Origin: the human T2T-CHM13v2.0 reference genome, Homo sapiens
Strand: one strand, 5' to 3'
Assembly (NCBI RefSeq): GCF_009914755.1
Contig: NC_060942.1
Length of the DNA stretch: 64,000 nucleotides
Position numbers and translations under genes: made by a program
Notes under the pieces: model-generated
What the model was told of the DNA's origin: nothing
Database searches by the model: none
The model's input: only the letters and a program-made list of their open reading frames with translations
Shown here: positions 33,969 to 49,946 of the stretch, piece by piece
Numbering within the stretch: the stretch's first letter is position 1
Layout: each line of letters opens with the position of its first letter

Positions 33969-36045
33969 TTAATCTGCATCAAAGAATTAGTCTTAAAAAA
34001 ATTAAACCCAATAATGAGACTTTGTAAAACAAACAAACGAACAAAAAACCAGACTTCTGATATCACTGTTGTGTCTTATTAAATTAACCTTTAATCTCTA
34101 AGGTGTGTAATTCCAACTGATTGCTTTACTTAATAACATAGTGTCCTGAAATGATATTTAAATGAACATCTTTATTTTCTCAAAAGTATAAATACTTTTC
34201 TTTTCTCAAGGTATAAGTAATTTTCTTTGAAGAGGCATAAGTTAGTTAATCATTGGGGTTTTTTCTCACATGCATAGAGAGAAAGAAATGAAATGACACA
34301 TTATATTTCTTACTTAAATAGATTTTGAGAGTCTTGTCTAAAATTGTATCATCTATACATTGAGAAAATAATTAGCTTTCACATGGAGCAATTAGATGAT
34401 AAAATGATTAATTGATAGAATGCCCGTGAAGCACTTGGCTCATAGTAGCCTTGTGATAGATGCTACTTCATCCCCAGACTCAATGCTGTATCTTTCTTCT
34501 CTGACTTCTAGGTCATTATTTTTTCCTAGCTATCTTTTCTTGTTCCTGACCATTTATGTGCCTTTTGTTTTTGCAAAAACCTCTTTTCCTTTCTTCTGCT
34601 AAATTGTATGTGTCTTTCAAAAGATGGCATTGTTTTGGCATACTTTTTTTTCTCTTATCTCTCCTCAGAAAGATAATACATTCAAAGCTATAGTACAAGG
34701 TTGTTGTGAGGAATACATGACAGCTCCTAATCTGTGTGGGTTCTAAGCAGTTGTATCGTTTTGTATCTGACACTCTATTTGCTTATTTACATGATATCAC
34801 TGAAAGAGGTGGCTTAAACAGATAAGTATTCAGTAATGAAATTTAACTGATAACAAGGTCTTTCAATGAAGCAGGTTTTTTTTGTCATTTGATGTACAAA
34901 ACATCCAATAGGGATAAAAGGAAAAGAAGTCTATTTTTGTTTTCAGATGAAGTGTAATAAGGTATAATATTCCTTCACCTTAGATCTTTACCTTCATGAT
35001 GAAAACCGCTTCTGGATAGAACTTGATTAAGTAGCTGTAAGATCTTTGGAAACTTTATGAACTTAGACAGTTGTGAAATGGACAATGGTAGTCCTCCCTC
35101 TGGTGATTCTAAATAATTAATATGAATTTAAAATGTATTTTCTAGTCCTTAATTTTTTTCTCAGCTGGGGATGCGAAGTAAGTATTTTAAGGCTTTAATA
35201 TATTCACCTTCTGGAGAGGTTGCTGATTTCTTTTCCCATAAATTATGTATCAGTACTTTATTATTGATTCTGAAATTAAAATCTGTAAAATTAAAAAACA
35301 AAGCTATCAATCACTGTATGACACTAAAATGAGTAATGACACTAAAAATGACAAAATCTTAATATTTAATAAATCAATAGCTGTATTATCAGACTGAGTT
35401 ATTATTTGCCAAACAACTCTTTAATTCTAAAGCATACTTATTCTTGGGTGAAATCATCTCAGAAGTATATTCTATGCATATTTGATATGTAAAAGCACAG
35501 GGAGCTGCAATGTAGGGAAAAGACCAAAAGTTTAAATAGAATGTGTTGAACTTATCCAGGCTCTTTATCTTTCTAGACATGCCCTTTTACATAGTCATGA
35601 TATTGAGTGCAGCAAAAAAAATCCCTCCTGAAATACACACAAAGGCAATTTTAAATGCAGATAATCCAATCTTTGCTTAATTGGATGTTGATAGCATTAA
35701 TCAATTGTTCATAATTGGGAGTTCACATTAGAAACACCTGGACAATATGTTTTTAACATATTCATCATTAGAATTGATATCTAGGGGTTTTATTTACTCA
35801 GTAGGTTTCCAATGGTGTTTAGGCAAAAGTATTTTGAAACAGCTTCCCATATGTTCAATTTTGTACCAAAGATTAAAAACATATATAAAATTATTATTTC
35901 AGAACATATGTCACTGCTGGTAAAATGGTTTATTCTGATAAAATGGTTTATTTTGAAAGGGAGCAGTGAATATTGGATTAGATAACCATGAGTATGTTCT
36001 TGTGTTCTTCAGGGGCAATATTAATACCCATCCAGATTAGCCTCA

Positions 36046-36234
<189 letters not shown>

Positions 36235-36479
36235 CTACACTATTCTCATGGTTTTATAAGTCAGTAATACTTTTCTTTAAAACTTCTTCTGTAGTTATAG
36301 TTCAAAATCTTAACACATTATAAAAATGTAATATTGGCTTTGCATAAGTAGAAAAATCAACAAGTAAATATTTTTTGCTTACCTGATTCATTGGCCTTCA
36401 TGTCTGTGATACTCAAGTATATGATTATTGTAGTGATCTGAGAAATGGCATGTTTCATATGCAATTTCTTTAATCCACA

Positions 36480-38785
<2,306 letters not shown>

Positions 38786-38789
38786 TATG

Positions 38790-40648
38790 TAGTCATGTGT
38801 TGCTTAAGAATATGTTCTGAGAAATGCATTAGGCAATTTCGTTGTTGTGTCATCACAGGGAACTCCGTAAGTACTTAAAGCTTATAGAACAAGAATATAA
38901 AGAAAGAAAATGCTTTTGTACAATTTTATGATGTGTTTGTGTTTTAAGTGAAGTATTGTTACAAGAGTCAAAAAGTTAAACAAAAAGTTAAAAAGTTCTT
39001 AAAGTAAAAAAAATCGTAGATTAGGTTAATTTATTACTGAAGAAAGAATTAAATAAAAATTAATTTGATATGGCCTATATGTACAGCATCTATAAAATCA
39101 AGAGTAATGTGCACTAATGTCCTAGACCCTTACGTCCATTCACCTCTCACTAATACAACCACAACGGCTTTCAGTCCCACAAGCTCCATTCATGGTAGGT
39201 GCCTATAAAGGTTCACCATTTTATATCTGTTATACCATATTTTTAGTGTACATATGTGTTGGATACATATGTGTTAGATACATAAGTGTTAGATGTTTAC
39301 ATATGTGTTGGATACACAAATACTTACTATTGTGTTAAATTACTTACAGCATTCAGTACAGTAACATGCTGTACAGGTCTGTAGCCTAGGAGCAATAGGT
39401 CTGTAAGTACTTACAGAATTCCCTGTGATATAGTGAGATAGACTATCACTGTATCGTAGTGATATAGCCTACTGCACATCTAGGCTATATGGTATGACCA
39501 ATTATTGCTCCTAGGCTGCAAACCTGTACAGCATGTTACTGTACTGAATGCTGTAAGTAATTTAACACAATAGTATTTGTGTATCCAACACATATGTAAA
39601 CATCTAACACATATGTATCCAACACATATGTAAACATCTAACACATATGTATCCAACACATATGTACACTAAAAATATGGTATAATAGATATAAAATGGT
39701 GAACCTTTATAGGCACCTACCATGGATGGAGCTTGCGGGACTGAAAGCCGTCGTGGTTGTATTAGTGAGTGGTGAATGGATGTAAAGGTCTAGGACGTTA
39801 GTGCACATTACTCTTGACTTTATAGACGCTGTACATACAGGCCATATCAAATTAATTTTTGTTTAATTTTCTTTCTTCAGTAATAAATTAACCTAATCTA
39901 TGATTTTTTTTACTTTAAGAACTTTTTAACTTTTTGTTTAACTTTTTGACTCTTGTAATAATATTTCGCTTAAAACACAAACACATCATAAAACTGTACA
40001 AAAGCATTTTCTTTCTTTATATTCTTGTTCTATAAGCTTTTTACTATTTAAAAAATGTTTTACTGTTTTTTATTTTTTAAATGTTTTCGTTAAAAATGAA
40101 GACACAAACATGCATTAGCCTGTAGAATAGTAGGCAAGGTCAGGATCATCAATCTCACTGTCTTCCACCTCCACATGTTGTTCCACTGAAAGGTCTTTAG
40201 GGGCAGTAACAGGCATGGAGTGGTCAGCTCCTGTGAGAACAATGTTGTCTTCTTGAATATCTCCTGAAGGACTTGCCTGAGGCTGTTTTATAGTCAACTC
40301 TAAAAAATATATCTAAGTAGAAGAAATATACTCTAAAATAACAATAAAAAGTATAGTACGGTAAATACATACACCAGTCATTTCTCATTATTATTATGCA
40401 CTGTGCGTAATTATATGTATTATGCTTTTACACCACTGGCAGCACAGTAGGTTTATTTACACTAGCATCACTATCCCCACAAATGTGTGAAGAACCTATT
40501 GCATCTATCGAACTACAACATTAAGACAGCTATGACCTATGACGTCACTAGGCAACCAGAATTTTTCACCTCCATTATAATTTTATGGGATCGCTGTTGT
40601 ATTTGGGGTCTGTCATTGACCAAAATGTTGCTATGCAGTGGATAACGG
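38790..40648 (+). mobile_element. Tigger3b/MER7B (Golem) non-autonomous DNA transposon carrying an internal inverted duplication
   Basis: Termini (c)agtcatgtgttgcttaa and tgttgctatgcagtggataacgg-TA; internal tagcctactgcacatctaggctatat and cctgtacagcatgttactgtactgaat. Length minus the duplicated part is about 1.3 kb. Confidence 0.88.
38877..40040. repeat. Long inverted repeat: arms 38877-39397 and 39503-40040, 105-bp spacer
   Basis: Manual alignment of the left-arm reverse complement to the right arm gives about 19 substitutions plus a few indels. Confidence 0.97.
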
Positions 40649-41522
40649 TATTTTTGTGAAATCATATTTTTCTAATAATTTGTTAATATTTTATAATGCA
40701 ACTGTTATTTTATTGAAATCTGTTAGCAATTTATTTTCTAACTTCGGTTGACTTTTTTTTTAAGTAAGGAATCATATAGTGTATAAATACTGACAATGTC
40801 AATTATTTCTTCCTAAACTGTACACCTGCATTTCTTTTTCTAGTCTTACTGGGTTACACAGGACTTTCAGTCAAATATTACAAAGCAATATTAAAGATCA
40901 TCCTTGTCTTTTTCTTCTGAATTTAGTAAGTAAACTCAAAGTAATTAACATGACCTGATAATCACAAAAAATGTTTCAGTATTAAATATGAGGCTTCCTA
41001 TAAGTTTTGATAGCTATCATAGATGAGATTCAGGAAGTTGCCTTCTACTGTAGTATAATACGAGGAATTTTGGTGTTGTTGATGTACATAGTATTCGTCC
41101 AGTTTTTGACTATGAAATTGTCATAAACAGTCTTTTAATATCGTTCATTCTACTTTTGTATATATCTAAAATTAGAATTGTTGCTATACAGTAGGATATG
41201 CTTAACTTTAATAAATATTGCCAAAACATTTTGCAAAGCAATTGTACCAATATACACTCTCACCTGTAATATATATGTGCTTCAGTTCCTCCAATTGTCA
41301 TCAACACTTGTTACTCCTCTTATTTTTAGAGATATTAGTAACTGTATAGTCATAATTTATCTTGGTATTAATTTGCATTTCACCAATTACTAAGGCTGTT
41401 GAGCAACTTTTCATATAACTGGGGGCATAACCATTTTACGAAGTGTATATTTAAATTGTTTGCCTACTATAATTTACTTTTTTTTCTTCCGGATTTAAGT
41501 ATCTTTGTTTTGTTATGAATAT

Positions 41523-41837
41523 TGAGACAACCAAGTAAAAAGGGCTCCCTGGAGAATCTCCAACTGGTCTTCTCTTCTCACTGGGAGGAGAGGGTGGGGC
41601 CTGGGGAAGTTGGCGCCCTTTGTAGAGGAGACAAGCCTGGCCTCTCCTGTTCCTGGGTGATAACCTGGGATTCAACCTGTCAGATGGGGGCCTAACAAGA
41701 ACCCCTCTCACTTTGCTGTGCTGCTTTTCCTTTACACCCAATAAATTCCGCCCGATAAATAACCCCTCATCCTTCAAAGTGTCTGCGAGCCTAGGCTTTT
41801 CTGGTCATGTGACAAGAACCTGGTTCTTCCTACAACA
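41523..41837 (+). mobile_element. ERV1 solo LTR (MER61-like)
   Basis: TG..CA ends (tgagacaacc...cctacaaca), internal AATAAA, 4-bp TSD ATAT at 41519-41522 and 41838-41841. Confidence 0.85.
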
Positions 41838-42583
41838 ATATTAGTAGTTTGTCAAATATATATTTTGAAATATAATATGCTAACTGATGACTTGCCTTTT
41901 AATTCTCTTAATTGAAATTTTAAAAATAGTGACTTAATGAAGATAATTTTTCCTTTTTTGTAAGGTTCATATTATCAAAGTTTTCTTTAGTATGAAGAGC
42001 GTTTAAATTCTCCTTAAGATATTTGCCAACTCAAAAGTCATGAAGATCTATGTTTGCATGAAGAAGATGTATTCTACTTTTCACATTTAAATCTCTAATA
42101 CTAAAAAACAAAAAAATTTAAATTTTGGATTTACAAGAAAACCTTAACAGTACAGAGTTCTCATAAAGACCACAATCAGTTTCCTGTATTATTAACATCA
42201 TTATGGCACATTTGTTATAATAATGATCAAATGTTGATACATTATTAACTAAAGTTGAAAGCTTTTGCAGATTTCCATAATTTTTGCCTAATATTCTTTT
42301 TGTATTTAAGGATCTCAGCCAAGATGCCGTAATACATTTAGCTGTCCTGTCTCATTAGGTTCCTCTTGGCTGTGACAGTGTCTTACCTTTTTTTTGTTGT
42401 TGTTCTTGGCGACCTTGACAGTTTTGAGGAGTAGATATTTTATAGAATGACCTTCTATTATAATTTGTCTGATATTTTCCATACGATTAAGCTGTATTAT
42501 GTGTTTTTGGGAGAAGACCACAAAGGTAAAGTGGCTTTTTCATCACATTTTATCAAGAGAATTTGTTTTCAACATATATATAG

Positions 42584-43352
<769 letters not shown>

Positions 43353-43486
43353 CTATTTTATTTTTTAATAGAGACAGGGTATTACTGTGTTGCCCAGGCT
43401 GGTCTTGAATTCCTGGGCTCAAGTGATCTTCCCACTTCAGCCTTCCAAAGTGCTGGGATTATAGGCATGAGCCACCGTGTTCGGTC
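43353..43486 (-). mobile_element. FLAM/AluJ left monomer
   Basis: gttgcccaggctggtcttgaattcctgggctcaagtgatc...gagccaccg. Confidence 0.88.
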
Positions 43487-43712
43487 AATACATACTCATT
43501 TATTTTGCTGCTTAAATTATTTCAACATTAGCAACTGGGTGATCTTTTGGTGGCCTCATGTGTGCCTTTGGCATATCTCCATCAACGTAGTTTTTTTATG
43601 TATTGTTTTTAAAGACTTCCTTATTTTCTAGCACTATGCTCGAGGCTTATTTGTGTATTGCCTGCTTTAGTTCTAGAGTCAGCCATTTCTCCCAGGAGCC
43701 AGGGTTCCTTTT

Positions 43713-43793
43713 TTAGGTTGGTGCAAAAGTAATTGCGTTTTTTTTGTCATTAAAGGTAATAGCAAAATCCGCAATTACTTTTGCATCAACTTT
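43713..43793. mobile_element. MADE1 (Hsmar1-derived MITE)
   Basis: ttaggttggtgcaaaagtaattgcg ... cgcaattacttttgcatcaac; ~80-bp self-complementary element. Confidence 0.93.
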
Positions 43794-44607
43794 GCTAAGA
43801 TGACTGCTAAGAGATATCAAGTCCTAGATGCTAGATATGCTCATTACTATTGGGGTTTCATCATTTCTAGGCCCTTTCAGCTGACAGAACAGGGAAATAT
43901 ATGTATGCATACTAACCAGTGCATGTATACTTATCTATAAATATTTTATCTGTAACTTTCTCTATCTACATAAGCAAAGAATGAGTTCATACTGATGTTT
44001 CCAACTTTTCTACACTACTATGTGAACCATTCTAACCTTTCACCCTGCTTATATATAAACTACCATTGCGTTAGAAAGAAATCTGCCTTCCACCATATAG
44101 CATCCATTTACTCAATTGTTCAATTTTTATATACATGTACAGTAGTATCAGAACTGTTAACCTATACCTGCATGGGAAACACTTTATCAAATATAGTATA
44201 ATACTAATGTGCAGTTCCTTTTTCCTTTAGGTTTTCAAACTCCATTCATTTCCATAGTTACTTAGATCACCACCTTAAACTCTATTCCTGTCAGTGAGTT
44301 TGTTTTACACATTTGTAATACATTTAAAAGCTTTTGTTGCAGTCTACAATTCATCCGGGAATCCTCCTACCTCCTACATAATTTTAAAATTTGCATATGT
44401 TAGTTTCACTCTTGGTTTTGCAAAGTTCTATGGATTGCGACAAATGCATAATACCAAGTATCCACTATTATTTTACCATACAGAATGGTCTCCTTGCCCC
44501 AAAATATTCTCCATGCTTTACCTATTTAAACTTTTCCCTGCCTTCCTGAACTCCTGGCCACTACTGCCCTTATTGTCACATAATTTTGTTTTTTCCAGAA
44601 TGTCACG

Positions 44608-44977
44608 TGATATGGTTTGGCTCTGTGTCCCCACCCAAATCTCATCTTGTAACTCTCATAATTCCCACATGTTGTGGGAGAAACCCAGGGGGGAGATAAT
44701 TAAATCATGGGGGCGGGGTCTTTCCCGTGCTGTTCTCATGGTAGTGTATAAGTCTCATGAGGTTTGATGGTTTTAAAAATGGGAGTTTCGTGCACAAGCT
44801 CTGTCTATTTGCCTGCTGCCATCCATGTAAGACGTGACTTGCTCCTCCTTGCCTTCTGCCATGATTGTCAGGCTTCCCCAGCCATGTTGAACTGTAAGTC
44901 CAATTAAAATGCTCTCTTTTGTAAATTTCCAAGTCTCAGGTATGTCTTTATCAACAGTGTGAAAATGGACAAATACA
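44608..44977 (+). mobile_element. THE1 (THE1A-like) solo LTR
   Basis: tgatatggtttggctctgtgtccccacccaaatctc...ggacaaataca; TSD TCACG/TCATG (CpG decay). Confidence 0.95.
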
Positions 44978-45213
44978 TCATGTAATTCAAATTATACAGT
45001 ATATACCTTACTCAGACTGGCTGTTTTTAAATTAGCATTATGCATTTGAATATTATTCATGTCTTTTCACGGCTTGGTAGCTCATTTCTTTTTACTATTG
45101 AATAATATTTCATTGTATGGATGCACTGCAATTTGTTTACCCATTTTCCCGTTGATAAAGATCTTGATGGCTGCCAGTTTTTAGCGATTATGGATAAAGC
45201 ATTTGTGTGCAGA

Positions 45214-45498
45214 TTTTTTTTTTTTTTTGAGATGGAGTCTTGCTCTATTGCCCAGGCTGGAGTGCAGCGGCACAATCTTGGCTTACTGCAGCCTCCGCCT
45301 CCCAGGTTCAAATGATTCTTCTGCCTCAGCCTCCTGAGTAGCTGGGACTACAGGCGCCTGCCACCACACCCAGCTAATTTTTTGTATTTTTAGTAGAAAC
45401 GGGGTTTCACCATGTTGGCCAGGATGGTCTCGATCTCTTGACCCCCGTTTGGCCTCCCAAAGTGCTAGTATTACAGGCATGAGCCACCACACCCAGCC
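45214..45498 (-). mobile_element. AluSc-like
   Basis: Antisense Alu; TSD TGTGT(G/A)CAGATTTTT. Confidence 0.95.
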
Positions 45499-45860
45499 TG
45501 TGTACAGATTTTTAATGGACATAAGTTTTTAAATCAGTTGGGTAAATACCTCAGAGTGTGATTGATGTATTGTATGTTAACACTATGGTTAACTTTGTAA
45601 AAGAAACTGCCAACTGGCTTCCAAAGTGGCTGTATTATTTTGCATTCCCACTGCCAATGAACTTGAGTTCCTGTTGGTTCACATTCTCATAAGCATTTGG
45701 TATTGTCAGTGTTTCAAATTTTAGCCATCTAATGGATATATAATGATATCTCATTGTTGCTTTGATTTGCAACTTCCTAAAGATATGATACATTTTTAAC
45801 AGCTTTATCAAGATGCATTTTACATACCATACATTCACATAAGTAAAGTGTACTATTCTA

Positions 45861-47572
45861 ATAAACTTTAAAGAATCAATAGTATTTTCTTATGTGATAG
45901 CAAATTTTCTGAAAACAAAATCAAGAAAAGAATCACATTTACAAAACTACAAGAAAAATGAGATATTGAGGAATAAATGTAACCAAGGAAGTAAAAAAAA
46001 CTCTACAATCAAAACTATGAAACATTAATGAAAGAAATTGAAGAAGACACAAATAAATGGAAAGATATCCCATGTTCCTGAACTGGAAGAATTAATATTG
46101 TTAAAATGTCCATATTACTCAAAATGATCTACAGATTCAGTGCACTGTCTATTAAAATACCAATTACATTCTTCACAGAAATAGAAAAACCAATCTTACA
46201 ATTTCTAGGGAACCACAGAAGACTCCAAATAGCCAAAACAATCTTGAGCAAAAGGAACAAAGCTGGAGGCATTATACTACCTGACTTCAAAATATCTGCA
46301 AACCTATAGTAATGCAAACAGCATGGTACTGACATAAATGACAGAGACGTAGACCAACAGAACAGAATAGAGAGCCCAGAAATAAATATACACATTTACA
46401 GCCAACTTATTTTTGACAAAGATGTCAAGAACACACACTGGAGAAAAAATAGTCTCAATAAATGCTGTTGGAAAAGCTACATATCCATATGCAGAAGAAT
46501 GAAATTGGACTTTCATCTCTCGCCATATAGAAAAGTCAATTCAAAATAGATTAAAGATGTAAATATATGTCCTGAATTATAAAATTACTAGAAGAAAATA
46601 TAGGGGAAACACTTCATGACATAGGTCTGGGTAATAATTTTTTGTATGAGGATCTAAAGCACAGGCAATGAAAGCAAAAATAGACAAATGAGATTACATC
46701 AAACAAAAGTTTTCACACAGCAAAAGAAACAATCAGTAGGGTGAAGAGATGACCTACAGAATGGGAGAAGATATTTCCAAACCATACATCTGACATCCAA
46801 AATATATAAGAAACTCAAATAACTCAAAAGCAAAAAATAAATAAATTAAAATAAATAAATAAATAAATAGATAGCTTAATTTAAAAAATGGACAAAAGAA
46901 CTGAATGTACATTTCTCCAAAAGAAGACATACAAATAGCCAAAAGGTATATTTTTCAAATGCTCAACTTTTTTAATCATCAGGAAATGCAAATTAAAACT
47001 ATAATGAGACATCATTGCATCCCAGTAGAATAGCCATTATCAATAAAATAAAGGATGACATGTGCTAAAATGAAGTGGAGAAAAGGGAACACTTATCCAC
47101 TATTGGTGGATATGTAAATTAATACAGCCATTACAGAAAACAGTATGGAGGTTATACTATCTTAAGTGAAATAAGCCAGGCAAAGAAAGACCAATACTGC
47201 AATGAACTCACTCATACATGGAATCTAAAAAATCGAATCTCATAAAATTAGCATAATGGTGGTTATCAGAGGTGGCAGTAGTTAGGGGACAGGTGATGGG
47301 AAGACATTAGTCACAGGATACATAATAGTTAGAGAACATAAATTTCAAGAGATCTATTGTGCAGCAAAGTGACTATGGTTAATGACAATATATAGTAGTA
47401 TTGAAAAACATATAAAACAGTGGGTACTATATGTGCTATCAGCACAAAAGTAATAACTATGTGAGGTAATGCATTTGTTAATTGGCTAGCTTTAATCATT
47501 CTACAACATATACATACTTCAAAAGTTTGTATTGTAGAAGATAAAATATAATGTTATCTGACAATTGAAAAT
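45861..47572 (+). mobile_element. 5'-truncated L1MA-type element (ORF2 3' part and 3' UTR)
   Basis: ORF 46106 [28 protein letters not shown](T/G)GTAC(T/A)ATTCTA at 45845-45860 and 47573-47588. Inserted in an antisense L1M 3' end. Confidence 0.92.
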
Positions 47573-48799
47573 AAAGGGTACAATTCTATAGTTTTTAAAG
47601 TACATTCACACATAAGTGCAACCATAATTATAGTCAATATTTTAATTTTTCATCACCTAAAAATAACTCTATAAAATATGTTTCATCCCCCATTCTCCAA
47701 TTCTCCACCATCTACTTTATCTCTCTCTAAAGATTTCCCTAATCTGAACTACTCGTATGAATTGATTCACATCACATGTGGTCTTTTTGACTGGCTCTTT
47801 CACTTAGCATAATGTTTTTAAGGTTCACTCATATTTTAAAAAAAGAGTGAATATGTATCAGTACCTCACTGTTTTAAATGCCTGAATAATATTCCATTAT
47901 GTGGATATACTACATTTGTTTGTCTATTCATCAATTGATGGAGATTTAGGTTTTTTGCATCTTTAGATTACTACAGATAATGTTGTTAGGAATATTTGTG
48001 TACAAATGTTTCTAACATTTAATGTTATTGTTGATATAGTTAAAAGTGTCTGCCAATTTTTGTTTTCTATTTAGCTCATGGTTTTAATGTTTCTCTGTTC
48101 CTCCTTTACTGCTTTCTTTTACAGTAAGTGAACATTTTCTTATGTAGCATTTTAATTTATTTAATCATTTTTATTGTATTTTTAAGTCATCTTTTAGTGA
48201 TTCCTCTTGGTTTTACTATATTCATCTTAACTTACCAGATCACCCTCAGATTTATACTAGATTAATTTCTATGATAAAGGTACTACTCGTATAATTCTAT
48301 TTCGTTTTCTCCCTTTTACGGTTTTATATTTAATACATATTACATATATTTAACACATATTACATGTCTTAATGTTACAAGCGCAATATTAAATTCTTAT
48401 AATTATTACTTCTGCAGTACTTCTGTATAATTATTACTTCTGTACTACAACACCATCTGTAGTTATTTCCTCAGCCTAATACAGCTTTGCTCCAACACAC
48501 CTCACAGAACACACATAATGACACAATCGCTTTTTCAACCAATTCAGAGAAGAATTACCTTTACCAGTGCTCTCTGTGTTTGTTGTTGTTGTTGTTGTTG
48601 TTTTGTGGGAATATGAATTACTATCTAGGGTCATTTGCTTTTAGCTTGAGTAACTTTTTTTAGTATTTCTTGTAACGCAGGTCAGCTAAAACAAATTCTC
48701 TGGTTGTGGTTCTTTATCTCTTTTTGTAATCTGGGAAAGTATTATTTTTTGCCTTTATTATTGAAAGATAGCATTGTTAAATAAGATTCTTGGTTAACA

Positions 48800-49208
48800 A
48801 TATCCTAAAGTAGAACTACCATTTGATCCAACAATCCCACTACTGGATATCTACCCAGAGGAAAAGAAGTCATTATAAGAAAAAGATACTTGCACATGCA
48901 TGTTTATAGCAGCACAATTCACAATTGCAAAACTATGGAACCAGTCCAAATGCCCATCAATCAATGATTAGATAAAAGATTGTGATCTATATCACATTAT
49001 ATATATATTCCTTTTTATGGCTGAGTAGTATTCCATGGTGTAAATAAAAAGGAAAAAAATGATGGCATTCACAGTAACCAGATGAAACTGGAGACCATTA
49101 TTCTAAGTGAAGTAACTCAGGAATGGAAAACCAAACATCACATTATCACTCACAAGTGGGAACTAAGCTATGAGGATGCAAAGGCTTAAGAATGATACAA
49201 TGGACTTT
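48800..49208 (+). mobile_element. L1PB-type 3' fragment with internal micro-inversion
   Basis: ctaccatttgatccaacaatcccactactgg...aagctatgaggatgcaaaggcttaagaatgatacaatggacttt. Confidence 0.88.
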
Positions 49209-49499
49209 GTTTCACTTCCTGTATTTGCTTATAGTTGTTTCTTAATAAATTTGGAAAGTTATCAGCCATTATTTATTCGAATAGATTTTTCTCCTTTCTT
49301 TCTCCCCTCTAATGCTGTGATTTCCATTATGCATATGTTGGTGCACATAGTGGTTTTTCACATTTGTCTGAGGCTCTGTTCATTTTTCTTTATTTCTTTC
49401 TCTTTGCTCTTCAGCTTGTGTAATCTTGATCAATCTATCAATGTATCTTCAAGTTCACTTAGTCTTTCTTCTTTCAGTTCAAATCTGCTACTGAGCTCT

Positions 49500-49946
49500 C
49501 TTATGGGTTGAATTGTGTTTCTCCAAAATATATGTTTAATTTCTAAACCTTAATATCTCAGAATGTGGGCTTATTTCAAGACAAGGTATTCAAAGTAATT
49601 AAATTAAAATGTGCTCATTAGGGTCGACTAAATCCAATAGGACTGGTGGCCTTACAAAAAAAGAAAACATGTACACTAAGATAGACACACACAGGGAGAA
49701 CACCAGATGAAGATGAAAGTGGAGGTCGAGGTCCCACAATTACAAGTAATGCTAAATATCGCTAGCAAAGAACCAGAAGCTAGGGAAATCAAAACCATGT
49801 TTCCTTCCCAGCACTCAGAAAAACCCCAATCCTGCCAACACCTAATTTCAGACTTTTAGCCTCCAAAACTGTGAGACAGTAAACTTCTGTTGTTTAAGCC
49901 GCCCAGTTTGTGGTATTTTGTTATTGAAGTCCTAACAAACTAATAT
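49500..49946 (+). mobile_element. MLT1B/C-type MaLR LTR
   Basis: ttatgggttgaattgtgtttctccaaaa...aaacttctgttgtttaagccgcccagtttgtggta...aaactaatata. Confidence 0.88.

Noticed and set aside
38877-40040. Selection for an RNA stem through G:U-compatible changes in the inverted repeat
   Set aside because: My hand count gave roughly equal wobble-compatible and incompatible transitions (about 10 vs 8), so there is no strand bias.
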